Source of the DNA: Bryobacterales bacterium
GTDB lineage: Bacteria > Acidobacteriota > Terriglobia > Bryobacterales > UBA6623
Length of the DNA stretch: 64,000 bases
Assembly (NCBI GenBank): GCA_965222095.1
Contig: CBDCTD010000001.1
Coordinates: 141,285-205,284, forward strand
Direction of reading: 5' to 3'
Shown: piece after piece, positions 38,142 to 47,336 of the stretch
How the letters are laid out: every line of letters begins with the position of its first letter
How positions within the stretch are numbered: the first letter of the stretch is position 1
Translations under genes and position numbers: made by a program
The notes under the pieces: generated by a model
Told to the model about the DNA's origin: nothing
The model's input: the letters and a program-made list of their open reading frames with translations, nothing else
Database searches by the model: none

Positions 38142-39338
38142 ATGGTTTGGCTTGTTGCCGTTGCGGTTCTCACTTTGTTTCCTGTTGAACTGGTAGGCAT
38201 CGAAATCGCTACAGGTTCCATGCTGGGGCCTCGATACAAGGCGAATCGATTCTACGCGCGCAGTTCGACGCGCGACACTTGGCGCCTGACCTACTCCGGG
38301 AAACCCTATCGCTCGCAGGCGCGCGGCAAGCTGATGGCCCTCGGGCTGCCACGGGCGCTCTTCGACGACGAGATATTTCCCGAGGAGCACTTTGACCCTG
38401 ACCGCAACACAGATCAGGCCATTGAGGCTCTGGACCTATACCGGGAACACGGGGTGCTGGCCATAAGTGTGAGCTTACAGGGAGATAGCCCTGGACACCG
38501 CGGCGACATCAACAGCACTCTCCGGCACAACAAGCAGGTGGGGAACCAGGGTCCGTTGGTCAGCGCATTCCGCTCCGACGGTTCTCTAAAGGAAGAGTGG
38601 CTCAAGCGGCTGCGGAGATTGGTTAAGGAAGCCGACCGCCGCGGCATGTTCGTCGGCCTGATTTACTTTCAGCCGGGCCACGATGATATCTTCGATTCGC
38701 CGAACGCCGTTGTAGCAGCGACCCGAAACATCACCGACTGGCTAATTGGGAGTGACTTCCGGAACGTCATCATCGATATCGCCAACGAATGGGACGTCGA
38801 GGAATCCAGTTGGGATCACGGTCGGTTTATTCCTGAGAACATCGCCCGGTTGATCGAAATAGTCCGCGACCGATTCAACGCGGCCGATTACACATTACCG
38901 ATCGGAGCGTCCGGTAGCAGCCGTATGACCTACCCTGACTCATTGGCTCAGGCCTGTGATCTGGTCTTGATTCACGGCAATGGTAGAACCCCGGGCGAAA
39001 AGGTCAGGCGTCTCCGGAAGTTTCAAGCCACTTCGCGAGCGGTTTGGATGACCGAGGACCATAACGGGCACGAGACAACGGTGGCCAACCTTTCTCGAGA
39101 AAAGGCCAGTGCCGATGCAGTTTTTCAAGAGGGCGGCGGCTGGGGCTATCTTCCGCGCAAACAAACGCAGCGGTTCCCTTTTCAATACCTTCCGGGAGAG
39201 ACCAGCCGTTTCGACGATGGGACGGCGGAGCCGGCCCGGGACGGGGCCTATTTCCGAGCCGTTCTAGAGCACATCGCCAAGCTTGTGCTCCGAAAACCGC
39301 CCAACAGTTTGAGACCCCAGAAGAAGCGCAAGAAGTAG
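38142..39338 (+). CDS. Hypothetical secreted protein, possibly a clan GH-A (TIM-barrel) glycoside hydrolase
   Basis: The internal ATG gives a signal-like MVWLVAVAVLTLFPV. IDIANEWD (NE acid/base-like) and WMTEDHNG (nucleophile-like) are weak hints only. The track N-terminus overlaps the hairpin repeats. Confidence 0.5.
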   Translation: MVWLVAVAVLTLFPVELVGIEIATGSMLGPRYKANRFYARSSTRDTWRLTYSGKPYRSQARGKLMALGLPRALFDDEIFPEEHFDPDRNTDQAIEALDLYREHGVLAISVSLQGDSPGHRGDINSTLRHNKQVGNQGPLVSAFRSDGSLKEEWLKRLRRLVKEADRRGMFVGLIYFQPGHDDIFDSPNAVVAATRNITDWLIGSDFRNVIIDIANEWDVEESSWDHGRFIPENIARLIEIVRDRFNAADYTLPIGASGSSRMTYPDSLAQACDLVLIHGNGRTPGEKVRRLRKFQATSRAVWMTEDHNGHETTVANLSREKASADAVFQEGGGWGYLPRKQTQRFPFQYLPGETSRFDDGTAEPARDGAYFRAVLEHIAKLVLRKPPNSLRPQKKRKK

Positions 39339-39401
39339 CTGCTATTCCAAGTTAGAGCAGCGGTGGACGCCTCTTCCCAGTTTCGTCGACATACGTCCCT
39401 A

Positions 39402-40554
39402 GTGTAGTGCCACTAACGGTTCTGGACAATGGCGTGGGTTTTGGCGGCGCGCTCGACTTTGGCGAGGATATCTTGTGCCGGAGCTGTCCAGACAAAGGGC
39501 TTGGGCGCTTGGTTGCTCGCTTCCAGGTACTCGTGGATGGCGGCCTCGAGTTCGGGAACACTGCGGAACACGCCGCGGCGGATGCGCTTCTGTGTCAGCT
39601 CGCGGAACCAGCGCTCGACGAGATTGAGCCAAGAAGAAGACGTGGGAATGAAGTGAAAGTGGAAGCGGGGGTGCTTCGCGAGCCACTTCTTCACTTGCTC
39701 ATGCTTGTGCGTGGAGTAGTTGTCCACGATCAGATGCAGCTCCAGCGCCGGTGGCGTTTCGCGGTCGGTCTTGCGTAGGAATTTGAGGAATTCCTGGTGC
39801 CGATGTCGCGGCAGACACTCGCCGATCACCTTGCCGTCGAGCACATTGAAGGCGGCGAACAACGTCGTTGTGCCATGTCGTTTGAAGTCGTGGGTCATGG
39901 TGCCGGCACGACCCCTTTTCAGGGGCAGTCCCGGCTGGCTGCGGTCTAAGGCCTGGATCTGACTTTTCTCATCGACACTGAGCACCAGCGCGTGCTCGGG
40001 CGGATGCAAGTACAGACCGACCACGTCGCGGAGTTTCTCGACGAACTGCTTGTCGCGGCTGAGCTTGAAAGTTTCGAGGCGATGGGGCTGCAGTCCGTGC
40101 GCTTTCCAGACGCGCTGGATGGCCATCTTGGAGACGCCCAAGTGCTTGGCGAGGGTGCGGGTGCTCCAATGCGTGGCCGCCCGGGGCTTCTCGTGAAGCG
40201 TTGTATCGAGGATGCATTGGACGAATTCAGCGGAGAGCGCCGGTTTGCGTCCGGGGCGCGTCCGATCGCGGAGTCCGTCGAGGCCGGACTGGGCGAAGCG
40301 CTTTCGCCACAGGATGACGGTCTTGCGGTTGACGCCGAGTTCGCGGGCAATGGCGTGGTTCGCCAACCCCTGCGCACACAGCAAAACAATGCCTGCCCGT
40401 AAGGCCATTTTCTGGGCTGTGTTGCCTCCTCGAACCAGGCGACGAAGAGCGTTTCGCTGCGGAGCGGTGAGGGGTAGAGCGTCAGCGGATGGCCACATAA
40501 ACCATCCTACCGTGAAAAGGGTGTTATGGTCCAAGTATTTATGTGGCACTACAC
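39402..40554 (-). mobile_element. IS630 family insertion sequence, copy A (1153 bp)
   Basis: The termini GTGTAGTGCCAC... / ...GTGGCACTACAC form perfect 12-bp IRs. Both ends are flanked by TA within CTAG (39399-39402, 40554-40557), the classic IS630 target and TA duplication. Confidence 0.9.
39413..40498 (-). CDS. IS630 family DDE transposase
   Basis: 361 aa, equivalent to copy B. HTH N-terminus. DDE blocks SVDEKSQIQAL, IVDNYSTHK, WLNLVERWF. In this copy the ORF stays open upstream to 40549. Confidence 0.9.
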   Translation of the reverse strand: MWPSADALPLTAPQRNALRRLVRGGNTAQKMALRAGIVLLCAQGLANHAIARELGVNRKTVILWRKRFAQSGLDGLRDRTRPGRKPALSAEFVQCILDTTLHEKPRAATHWSTRTLAKHLGVSKMAIQRVWKAHGLQPHRLETFKLSRDKQFVEKLRDVVGLYLHPPEHALVLSVDEKSQIQALDRSQPGLPLKRGRAGTMTHDFKRHGTTTLFAAFNVLDGKVIGECLPRHRHQEFLKFLRKTDRETPPALELHLIVDNYSTHKHEQVKKWLAKHPRFHFHFIPTSSSWLNLVERWFRELTQKRIRRGVFRSVPELEAAIHEYLEASNQAPKPFVWTAPAQDILAKVERAAKTHAIVQNR

Positions 40555-41344
40555 TAGTACCCCGCGGAGGACGGCTCTAGGCACCACCCACCCAAGGGCT
40601 AGGCGTCGGTTTTTAGCGTTCGCGATCCCGCTCTTGCTTTTATCCTCCTCGTGCCCGGCGCCTGGCCAGAACTATCAGGATTTCATTACAGCCACGCCAT
40701 TGCCCCCCAACGGTACCCTCGTCGTTGGTTTCCTGGGCGGCCGCGAACCTTGGAACAACAACAAGCAATGGGTGAGGAAGCTGGCGCTAAAGCTGCGCGC
40801 CCTGAATCTTCCTGGGGTTCACGTCGAAACAGTCGAGAACACTCGACGTCAACTGGCGATCGAATTAATCAAGAACGCCTTTGACCGAAACCGAGACCGA
40901 ACTCTCGATTCGGCCGAGCTTGGCAGCGCTCGGCTGATTGTCTATGGTCACAGCTTTGGTGGCGCGGCAGTCGTAAAGTTGGCTCGCGAGCTGGAGGAGA
41001 TCGGCGTGCCCATTCTGCTCGCGGTCCAAATCGATAGTGTCGGACGAGGAGACGGCCTGATTCCCCCGAACGTCCGCCAGGCGGCTAATCTTTTCCAACC
41101 GAACGGCCTCGTCATTCGTGGCGAGCCCGAGATTCGCGCCCAGGACCCATCCAGAACGACCATCGTCGGCAACTTCGAATACGACTATCGAGACAAGAAC
41201 ATCGACCTCTCCCATGTATCTTGGTGGAAGAAGCTCTTTCGAACGGCTCACACGAAGATGGGCCACGACCCGGAAGTATGGGCGCAAGTCGAGGGGCTTA
41301 TCCTCGATGCACTCAGGGGCGCGAATGGTAGGCTCAATCAATAG
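40526..41344 (+). CDS. Secreted alpha/beta-hydrolase (lipase/esterase-like, GHSFGG nucleophile elbow), cargo between the IS630 copies
   Basis: Signal-like RRRFLAFAIPLLLLSSSC. LIVYGHSFGGAAVVKLA. Both in-frame ATGs (40526, 40541) lie inside the IS630 copy A terminus. Confidence 0.65.
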   Translation: MVQVFMWHYTSTPRRTALGTTHPRARRRFLAFAIPLLLLSSSCPAPGQNYQDFITATPLPPNGTLVVGFLGGREPWNNNKQWVRKLALKLRALNLPGVHVETVENTRRQLAIELIKNAFDRNRDRTLDSAELGSARLIVYGHSFGGAAVVKLARELEEIGVPILLAVQIDSVGRGDGLIPPNVRQAANLFQPNGLVIRGEPEIRAQDPSRTTIVGNFEYDYRDKNIDLSHVSWWKKLFRTAHTKMGHDPEVWAQVEGLILDALRGANGRLNQ

Positions 41345-41463
41345 GTCTGGGAGTCTACCCGCCCTCCGCGAAATGGGTAGGATGACCTGCTCAACCCCCG
41401 GAGGACGACAGGGCCCGCGATGGGATGATTCGCAGTCATTGGCAGGAGCTCGACGCCGAACTA

Positions 41464-42616
41464 GTGTAGTGCCACATAAATAACTGGACAATAACACCCT
41501 TTTCACGGTAGGATGGTTTATGTGGCCATCCGCTGACGCTCTACCCCTCACCGCTCCGCAGCGAAACGCTCTTCGTCGCCTGGTTCGAGGAGGCAACACA
41601 GCCCAGAAAATGGCCTTACGGGCAGGCATTGTTTTGCTGTGTGCGCAGGGGTTGGCGAACCACGCCATTGCCCGCGAACTCGGCGTCAACCGCAAGACCG
41701 TCATCCTGTGGCGAAAGCGCTTCGCCCAGTCCGGCCTCGACGGACTCCGCGATCGGACGCGCCCCGGACGCAAACCGGCGCTCTCCGCTGAATTCGTCCA
41801 ATGCATCCTCGATACAACGCTTCACGAGAAGCCCCGGGCGGCCACGCATTGGAGCACCCGCACCCTCGCCAAGCACTTGGGCGTCTCCAAGATGGCCATC
41901 CAGCGCGTCTGGAAAGCGCACGGACTGCAGCCCCATCGCCTCGAAACTTTCAAGCTCAGCCGCGACAAGCAGTTCGTCGAGAAACTCCGCGACGTGGTCG
42001 GTCTGTACTTGAATCCGCCCGAGCACGCACTGGTGCTCAGTGTCGATGAGAAAAGTCAGATCCAGGCCTTAGACCGCAGCCAGCCGGGACTGCCCCTGAA
42101 AAGGGGTCGTGCCGGCACCATGACCCACGACTTCAAACGACATGGCACAACGACGTTGTTCGCCGCCTTCAATGTGCTCGACGGCAAGGTGATCGGCGAG
42201 TGTCTGCCGCGACATCGGCACCAGGAATTCCTCAAATTCCTACGCAAGATCGACCGCGAAACGCCACCGGCGCTGGAGCTGCATCTGATCGTGGACAACT
42301 ACTCCACGCACAAGCATGAGCAAGTGAAGAAGTGGCTCGCGAAGCACCCCCGCTTCCACTTTCACTTCATTCCCACGTCTTCTTCTTGGCTCAATCTCGT
42401 CGAGCGCTGGTTCCGCGAGCTGACACAGAAGCGCATCCGCCGCGGCGTGTTCCGCAGTGTTCCCGAACTCGAGGCCGCCATCCACGAGTACCTGGAAGCG
42501 AGCAACCAAGCGCCCAAGCCCTTTGTCTGGACAGCTCCGGCACAAGATATCCTCGCCAAAGTCGAGCGCGCCGCCAAAACCCACGCCATTGTCCAGAACC
42601 GTTAGTGGCACTACAC
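41464..42616 (+). mobile_element. IS630 family insertion sequence, copy B (1153 bp), inverted relative to copy A
   Basis: Same termini as copy A. Flanked by TA in CTAG (41461-41464, 42616-42619). Only a handful of substitutions separate it from copy A. Confidence 0.9.
41520..42605 (+). CDS. IS630 family DDE transposase
   Basis: 361 aa. It differs from copy A at 2 residues that I can see (N/H in LYLNPPEH, I/T in RKIDRE). Confidence 0.9.
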   Translation: MWPSADALPLTAPQRNALRRLVRGGNTAQKMALRAGIVLLCAQGLANHAIARELGVNRKTVILWRKRFAQSGLDGLRDRTRPGRKPALSAEFVQCILDTTLHEKPRAATHWSTRTLAKHLGVSKMAIQRVWKAHGLQPHRLETFKLSRDKQFVEKLRDVVGLYLNPPEHALVLSVDEKSQIQALDRSQPGLPLKRGRAGTMTHDFKRHGTTTLFAAFNVLDGKVIGECLPRHRHQEFLKFLRKIDRETPPALELHLIVDNYSTHKHEQVKKWLAKHPRFHFHFIPTSSSWLNLVERWFRELTQKRIRRGVFRSVPELEAAIHEYLEASNQAPKPFVWTAPAQDILAKVERAAKTHAIVQNR

Positions 42617-42846
42617 TAGACACTGCTCAAGGTTTGACGGTGACCGCGTTGAGCGGGCGATTGCGGTAAGGTCTTTACGGACGAGTATCGGCGAGGGTAA
42701 CCGGGCAAGTCGGTGGCGCTGCCGAACCTGAGCAGCCGGCCGCCTCAACCGGCAGGCTTACCGCCATGGAAGGCTGCATCAGCTCAGCGCCCAGGTCTGG
42801 GCTAAACGATGGCCCCGCGAAAGGACACGAGGGCAGTAATTGGACG

Positions 42847-42958
42847 CGGGAGGTGCGAAAAATCCAGGGGACAGTCAACTGCGGCTGAAGATGTCGTGAT
42901 TCTACGTGCTTTTTAGCATGCGGCTTGTGACAGCCGCCGATTTTTTCACACCTTCCAG
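42847..42958. repeat. Palindromic MITE-like intergenic element, subfamily A (inverted relative to 6189-6303)
   Basis: gggaggtgcgaaaaatccaggggacagtcaac ... gtgacagccgccgattttttcacaccttccag. The core acgtagaatca/tgattctacgt is shared with 6189-6303. Confidence 0.8.
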
Positions 42959-43045
42959 TCCCGGTTTTCTGATTATTGGAGGGGACTGCAGACCGTCATC
43001 ACCCAGCACGGGAGCCTGCTCTCTGTATGGCCGGGGCTCGTCTGT

Positions 43046-43462
43046 TCAGTAGGAGATAATCGCGCGGGATTTTGCACCCAGGTTCATGGGCCCCCCGAAC
43101 AACACGTATCCGGTCACGAAGTTGAACGGATACAGCGCTTGGACCTCGACGAATTGCCCGCCGGCCTGTGCTCCGGTTTCCCAAGTCACATTGACGGTGA
43201 GATCGGACGGAGAGAGTCCGATAGCCTGGTTTCGCACGACCTGAGTGATGGTGGCAACGTCGGTCGGCGAGTTATACGTCGCGTCCGCTCCGCGCACCAT
43301 GGCGAACCGCGAGCCCTGCCTCACGGCATGGGAAAGCGTAGTCCAGATCCACACGCCGCGCGCCATTTCGAACAGTCCGATGCTCAAGACAATAAAGATC
43401 AAGAAGCAGAGAGCTATCTCGACGAGCACTGCGCCACGGCGTTTGTCTTTTTGCTTGTTCAT
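43046..43462 (-). CDS. TadE-like pseudopilin/minor pilin
   Basis: The N-terminus RRGAVLVEIALCFLIFIVLSIGLFEMARG is the TadE motif. Confidence 0.75.
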   Translation of the reverse strand: MNKQKDKRRGAVLVEIALCFLIFIVLSIGLFEMARGVWIWTTLSHAVRQGSRFAMVRGADATYNSPTDVATITQVVRNQAIGLSPSDLTVNVTWETGAQAGGQFVEVQALYPFNFVTGYVLFGGPMNLGAKSRAIISY

Positions 43463-43492
43463 CGTTTTTGCCTCGCTTCGAAGCCCTTACTT

Positions 43493-43993
43493 CTACTGCG
43501 CCCGAAAAAAGGCCGTTTTCGACACCTCGGAGGGGCCGCCGATCATCGGCCAAGGCGCCAGCAGAGGGAACTGCTGGCGTACGGTAACCTTGACGTACCC
43601 CCTGGGTAGGCCATACGTGCCGCAAGTCTGAGTCGTGTCGGCACAGTCGATGGCCGTCGATGAGCCCGGACAGACGCAGTGCTGATCCGCCTCCGCCGTG
43701 ACCGGCTGGCTGCTCGCGGAGAGATTCTTCGTGTCATCGACGGCGTGCGCCTCCTGGCCGCCAAAGTCGCCGCTGTGGACGATGTCGCGCGCCCCGAAAA
43801 AGGCCCCGACGCCGGCGGCATTGGAAATGCTAACGGCGTGATAGAAAATCCGCCCAAAGTCCGTAGCCGCCATGCACAGGCCGAGAAGAAGGGGCAGCGT
43901 CAGGGCGAATTCCACAAGGGCGGCGCCGCTCTGCTTGCCGCGTTGCGCAGTGATTCGTTTTCCCATCGAAGCATTCCTCAACATAAGTCTCAT
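43493..43993 (-). CDS. TadE-like protein
   Basis: SGAALVEFALTLPLLLGLCMAATDFGR is the TadE motif. The start is uncertain (ATGs at 43993, 43984, 43966). Confidence 0.7.
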   Translation of the reverse strand: MRLMLRNASMGKRITAQRGKQSGAALVEFALTLPLLLGLCMAATDFGRIFYHAVSISNAAGVGAFFGARDIVHSGDFGGQEAHAVDDTKNLSASSQPVTAEADQHCVCPGSSTAIDCADTTQTCGTYGLPRGYVKVTVRQQFPLLAPWPMIGGPSEVSKTAFFRAQ

Positions 43994-44021
43994 CCTCGCT
44001 TGCAGGTTGCAACTCCGCTCG

Positions 44022-45563
44022 CTAGTCCACCAGGACGACGTGGCTCTGGTCCGGGTTTATCCCCGCGCCCGTGTAATTGATGGAAAGATCTGGCGTCCCC
44101 GAGACTACGATCGTGTCCGCGATGACCGAAGCGAAGGACGTAGACATATCCACTTGACTGTTGCCTCCGTAGGTGAGTTCCCCATTAGGACAATAGGTCG
44201 TGCCGACGGCGGTGTAGTCGGAGCCTCCTATGATGGTGCAGTCCTTATCACTAAACCGACTGCTGAAGAACAGCATGTTATGGAACGGCCCGCCCGTGGG
44301 CGCGGTGAAACTTACTACGTCAGGTGCCTCCCCCGCGTTCCCCGTGATATCGAAGCCCTTGTTGTCAAGCACAGGAGTGACGTAATACGTCAACCCGTCG
44401 CCCGTCACGGTGCCGCCGCTGATCCGGAATTCATCTGTCATCAGCAAACATCCGGGGTCGGTATTCGTGCAATAGAAACGCACGTAGCCCCCGCTGATTC
44501 TGATCTGGTCGTAGTAGAGGCCACCCGTATTATTCCAACCGCCAGTAGGATTAGCTGGATACCCAGTTGGCGTCGGGGGAGCCGATCCTGGAATCATCAG
44601 GTGGGGCTGGGACAACCCCGCCTCGTTTATTGCATCGAAGCACGGCAAGAGCAGGGGCCCGCTCGTAAAACCGGCGGCGCAAGCGGTAAATGTGTTGTAG
44701 TTACCGCCTCCGATATTCGGCATGGCGATTGGGGGGCCGGGGAGGGGCGACATTTCCCAGGGGTCGGGTAGCGGCGTGCATCCGGTTGGATAACCCGTTT
44801 CGTCGTTGGTCGCGTAGTTCGAGCAATAGGGGTCTTTTGCGCACAAACTGCTGGCCACGGGCTGGTCTAGAGGCAGGCATCCGGGGCACGTAATACAATT
44901 GTTGGCGCCGTTCTGAAGAACTCCTCCGCCGTAACCGTAGGTAATTACCCCGTACCCGGTCATTATGACGTTCGGGCAATTGCCGGTCCCGTTGGTGCGG
45001 ATGGCGTCGTCGGCCTTCGAGTTGATGATAATGTCGCAGTTGCTCGCGGTTATGGTTCCACCTCCGTTGAACAACAAGCCGGGGCCGTCGTCGGTACAGT
45101 TCAGGGAGAGAATGCAAGGCGGCCTCGGGTTTTGCTGAATACAAGCCACGGCTCGAGCCGCGACAGTTGCCTGGGTTTCGCCCACGACTCGCATGAAGGT
45201 CGTCGGGTGAGGCCTAGAGATCTCCGCCTCGACACAGCTCCCCGCCAAAATAGTGATGTCAACGGTAGTTCCTTGCTGGCCATTGGTGAAGTTGTTCAGC
45301 GCCGCGTCGTCCCTGCCGCCGCTCTCGATCATCGTCGTGTTCTGGCCGCGCAGCATCTCCCAGGCGCCGCCCCACGCCGCGGAATCTGCCGCTACCTGCA
45401 TGCGGCGCTTCTCGAAATAGAGGCGCCCGCCGTCGAAGACCAGGCCCAGGAACGCCATCATGGCCGCAAACATGAGGGCGAACAAGGGTAGTATGATGGC
45501 TCGATTATCCTTTTTGAGAATCGTCTTAAGCCAGGATTTCCGATTTAGCTGCTCTGACGGCAC
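44022..45563 (-). CDS. TadG-like (putative Flp pilus assembly) protein with a Gly/Thr/Asn/Cys-rich C-terminal region
   Basis: AIILPLFALMFAAMMAFLGLVFDGGRLYFEKRRMQVAADSAAWGGA is the TadG-type N-terminal domain. Confidence 0.7.
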   Translation of the reverse strand: MPSEQLNRKSWLKTILKKDNRAIILPLFALMFAAMMAFLGLVFDGGRLYFEKRRMQVAADSAAWGGAWEMLRGQNTTMIESGGRDDAALNNFTNGQQGTTVDITILAGSCVEAEISRPHPTTFMRVVGETQATVAARAVACIQQNPRPPCILSLNCTDDGPGLLFNGGGTITASNCDIIINSKADDAIRTNGTGNCPNVIMTGYGVITYGYGGGVLQNGANNCITCPGCLPLDQPVASSLCAKDPYCSNYATNDETGYPTGCTPLPDPWEMSPLPGPPIAMPNIGGGNYNTFTACAAGFTSGPLLLPCFDAINEAGLSQPHLMIPGSAPPTPTGYPANPTGGWNNTGGLYYDQIRISGGYVRFYCTNTDPGCLLMTDEFRISGGTVTGDGLTYYVTPVLDNKGFDITGNAGEAPDVVSFTAPTGGPFHNMLFFSSRFSDKDCTIIGGSDYTAVGTTYCPNGELTYGGNSQVDMSTSFASVIADTIVVSGTPDLSINYTGAGINPDQSHVVLVD

Positions 45564-45679
45564 GAGTCTACACCCTCACCCGGCGAAGCGCAACCATTTC
45601 TCCACCCGGTAGAGGCGGCGGCTGAGGCGGGACCGATCGAGCCCCCTTCTTGCCCCTCATGGGGGCTGATCCGCCGCTG

Positions 45680-47190
45680 CGAAGTCAATTTCGCAGACAC
45701 CCCTCCGAGCTTCCGTCCTCAGTACACAGATTTCGCATTCGCCAAGTGCGGTGCTACCCGCCCGGCACAGGCAGCGCCCAGATCCTCCGCAGCATGTCGC
45801 CAAACAGCCGCCGGTTCAGATGTCCCTCCGCGAACAAGAGCCAGTAATACCGCGCGTGTTTAATCAGCCGACCGCCGGTCTTCATCAACCGGTGCTGCAA
45901 GCTCGTCAGCGACCAGCTCTTGATCCGTTGCGGCAGCCCGAGCCTCCGCCATAGGTTCCCCAGGTTGTAGGCCAGCACGCTCAGTTGTAGCCGTACCTCG
46001 TTGGCCCGAAAGCGATGGCACGACAGCCGCGTCCAGTGCGTGGCCTGCTTACCTTCTTTGATCCACTGCTCCGCCGTGCCGCGCTTGTTGTAGAAACGCA
46101 CCACCGAACGGCTCGGCAAGCTCATGCTGGTCACAACGAATCCGACGCGCGGGAATAGCTCGCCCTGATGGTGCTCGACCTTGGCCACGATGCGCCGAGG
46201 TTGGGACCAACTCTCCGCCTGATAGCGAAAACTCTTGTAGCGCACCAGCGGCTTGCGGGAGGGCCTTCCCGGTGGCCGAAACAGGATGTCTTCGATCTCC
46301 AGCTCCAGGCTCTTGTTGGCCGGAATGCGGATCGCATAGTCCGCGCCGCGCTCCTCCAGCGCCTCGTAGATCTCCGGCTTGGCAAAGGCGGCATCGGCGC
46401 GCAAAGTGACCTGCTTGCCTTCGGCCTGTTGGCGCTCGATCTCCGGCAGTAGCAGCTCGCCCCAGTCCTCGGCGCTGTGCACGTTGCCGGGACGCAGCTT
46501 CGCCGCCAGACAATCGCCGTGCTGATTGAACAGCAACAGCGGGTGATAGCAGACCGATTCGAAGTGTCCGTTGTAGGCACTGCCTTCCTGTTGGCCATGG
46601 ACCGGACTCTCGGTGGAGTCCATGTCCAGAACGACCCGCTCGGAGTCGTCGAACGCCTCTCCTTGCCCGACCAGCCCTCGGTTCAGCGCCATCAGCCCCA
46701 GCAGGTTCTCTTCGCTCGCCAGCATCTCCGTCTCGAAGCCGTGCAGCGTCGAGGTCAAGGCCGCACCGCGATCCCAGATCTTCTGCGAACCGATCAGCCG
46801 AAACGTCGGATCGATCGAAATCCGCTCGGCGTCGTTGAGGTCCTCGTAGCCCGCCAAGCGGCTGTAGACCGACTGCCGCAACAGATCAGCGAGCGTGAAC
46901 TGCTTGTTTGTGCCTTGCCGGGAGTCGCTGAGATGCTCGTTGATCAACTTGCCGAGTCCGAGTCGCTCGTCCAACTCGCGGACTAGCAGCAGGCCGCCGT
47001 CGGAAGTGACGTGCGATCCTTGGAAATCGACTTTCAACAAGCCGTTGAAACTTAGCTGGAATGGCTTGGTTTGTTTTTCACCCATTGGGTGTCGGCCTCC
47101 ATGGCGTCCTCATCGGGATCTAGCCCCTATGAATAAAGACGCTGAAGGCCGCTGGAAGGTCGGGAGGTCATACATCAAATTGAAAATGCG
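45680..47190 (-). mobile_element. IS1380 family insertion sequence (boundaries approximate)
   Basis: It carries the transposase gene. About 45 nt of imperfect inverted similarity links 45681-45725 and 47141-47190 (tcaattt...cc.tcc.ga.cttcc). The exact tips and the TSD are not resolved. Confidence 0.55.
45754..47085 (-). CDS. IS1380 family transposase
   Basis: VTSDGGLLLVRELDERLGL, DMDSTESPVHGQQEGSAYNGHFESVCYHPLL and YNKRGTAEQWIKEGK are IS1380-type blocks. Confidence 0.85.
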   Translation of the reverse strand: MGEKQTKPFQLSFNGLLKVDFQGSHVTSDGGLLLVRELDERLGLGKLINEHLSDSRQGTNKQFTLADLLRQSVYSRLAGYEDLNDAERISIDPTFRLIGSQKIWDRGAALTSTLHGFETEMLASEENLLGLMALNRGLVGQGEAFDDSERVVLDMDSTESPVHGQQEGSAYNGHFESVCYHPLLLFNQHGDCLAAKLRPGNVHSAEDWGELLLPEIERQQAEGKQVTLRADAAFAKPEIYEALEERGADYAIRIPANKSLELEIEDILFRPPGRPSRKPLVRYKSFRYQAESWSQPRRIVAKVEHHQGELFPRVGFVVTSMSLPSRSVVRFYNKRGTAEQWIKEGKQATHWTRLSCHRFRANEVRLQLSVLAYNLGNLWRRLGLPQRIKSWSLTSLQHRLMKTGGRLIKHARYYWLLFAEGHLNRRLFGDMLRRIWALPVPGG

Positions 47191-47336
47191 GGTTGAGATG
47201 GCCCCTACTTACTATCCGGGGGTCGGAGACCAGGCTACCTTTTACCCCAAACTTGTTCCCGCCGTTGATTTCCTGTTACAAAGGGTAGTCAGACGTAACC
47301 CTCCAAAGTAAGCCTTACTGGGAGCAACCCACGAGC

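Noticed and set aside
40563-40578. 12-mer gaggacggctct shared with 59481-59496
   Set aside because: Hundreds of 12-mer coincidences are expected in a 64-kb window on two strands, and the flanks do not extend the match.
40865-41806. 313-aa ORF on the minus strand spanning the hydrolase gene and the IS630 copy B end
   Set aside because: Its N-terminal 100 aa are identical to the plus-strand ORF 40212..40580, because both are the antisense frame of the duplicated IS630 transposase gene. The remainder is antisense to the hydrolase gene.
45660-45700. GGGGCTGAT... resembling a tmRNA 5' end
   Set aside because: There is no following TTCGAC element, no tag reading frame and no tRNA-like 3' end (T-arm/CCA) within 400 nt.
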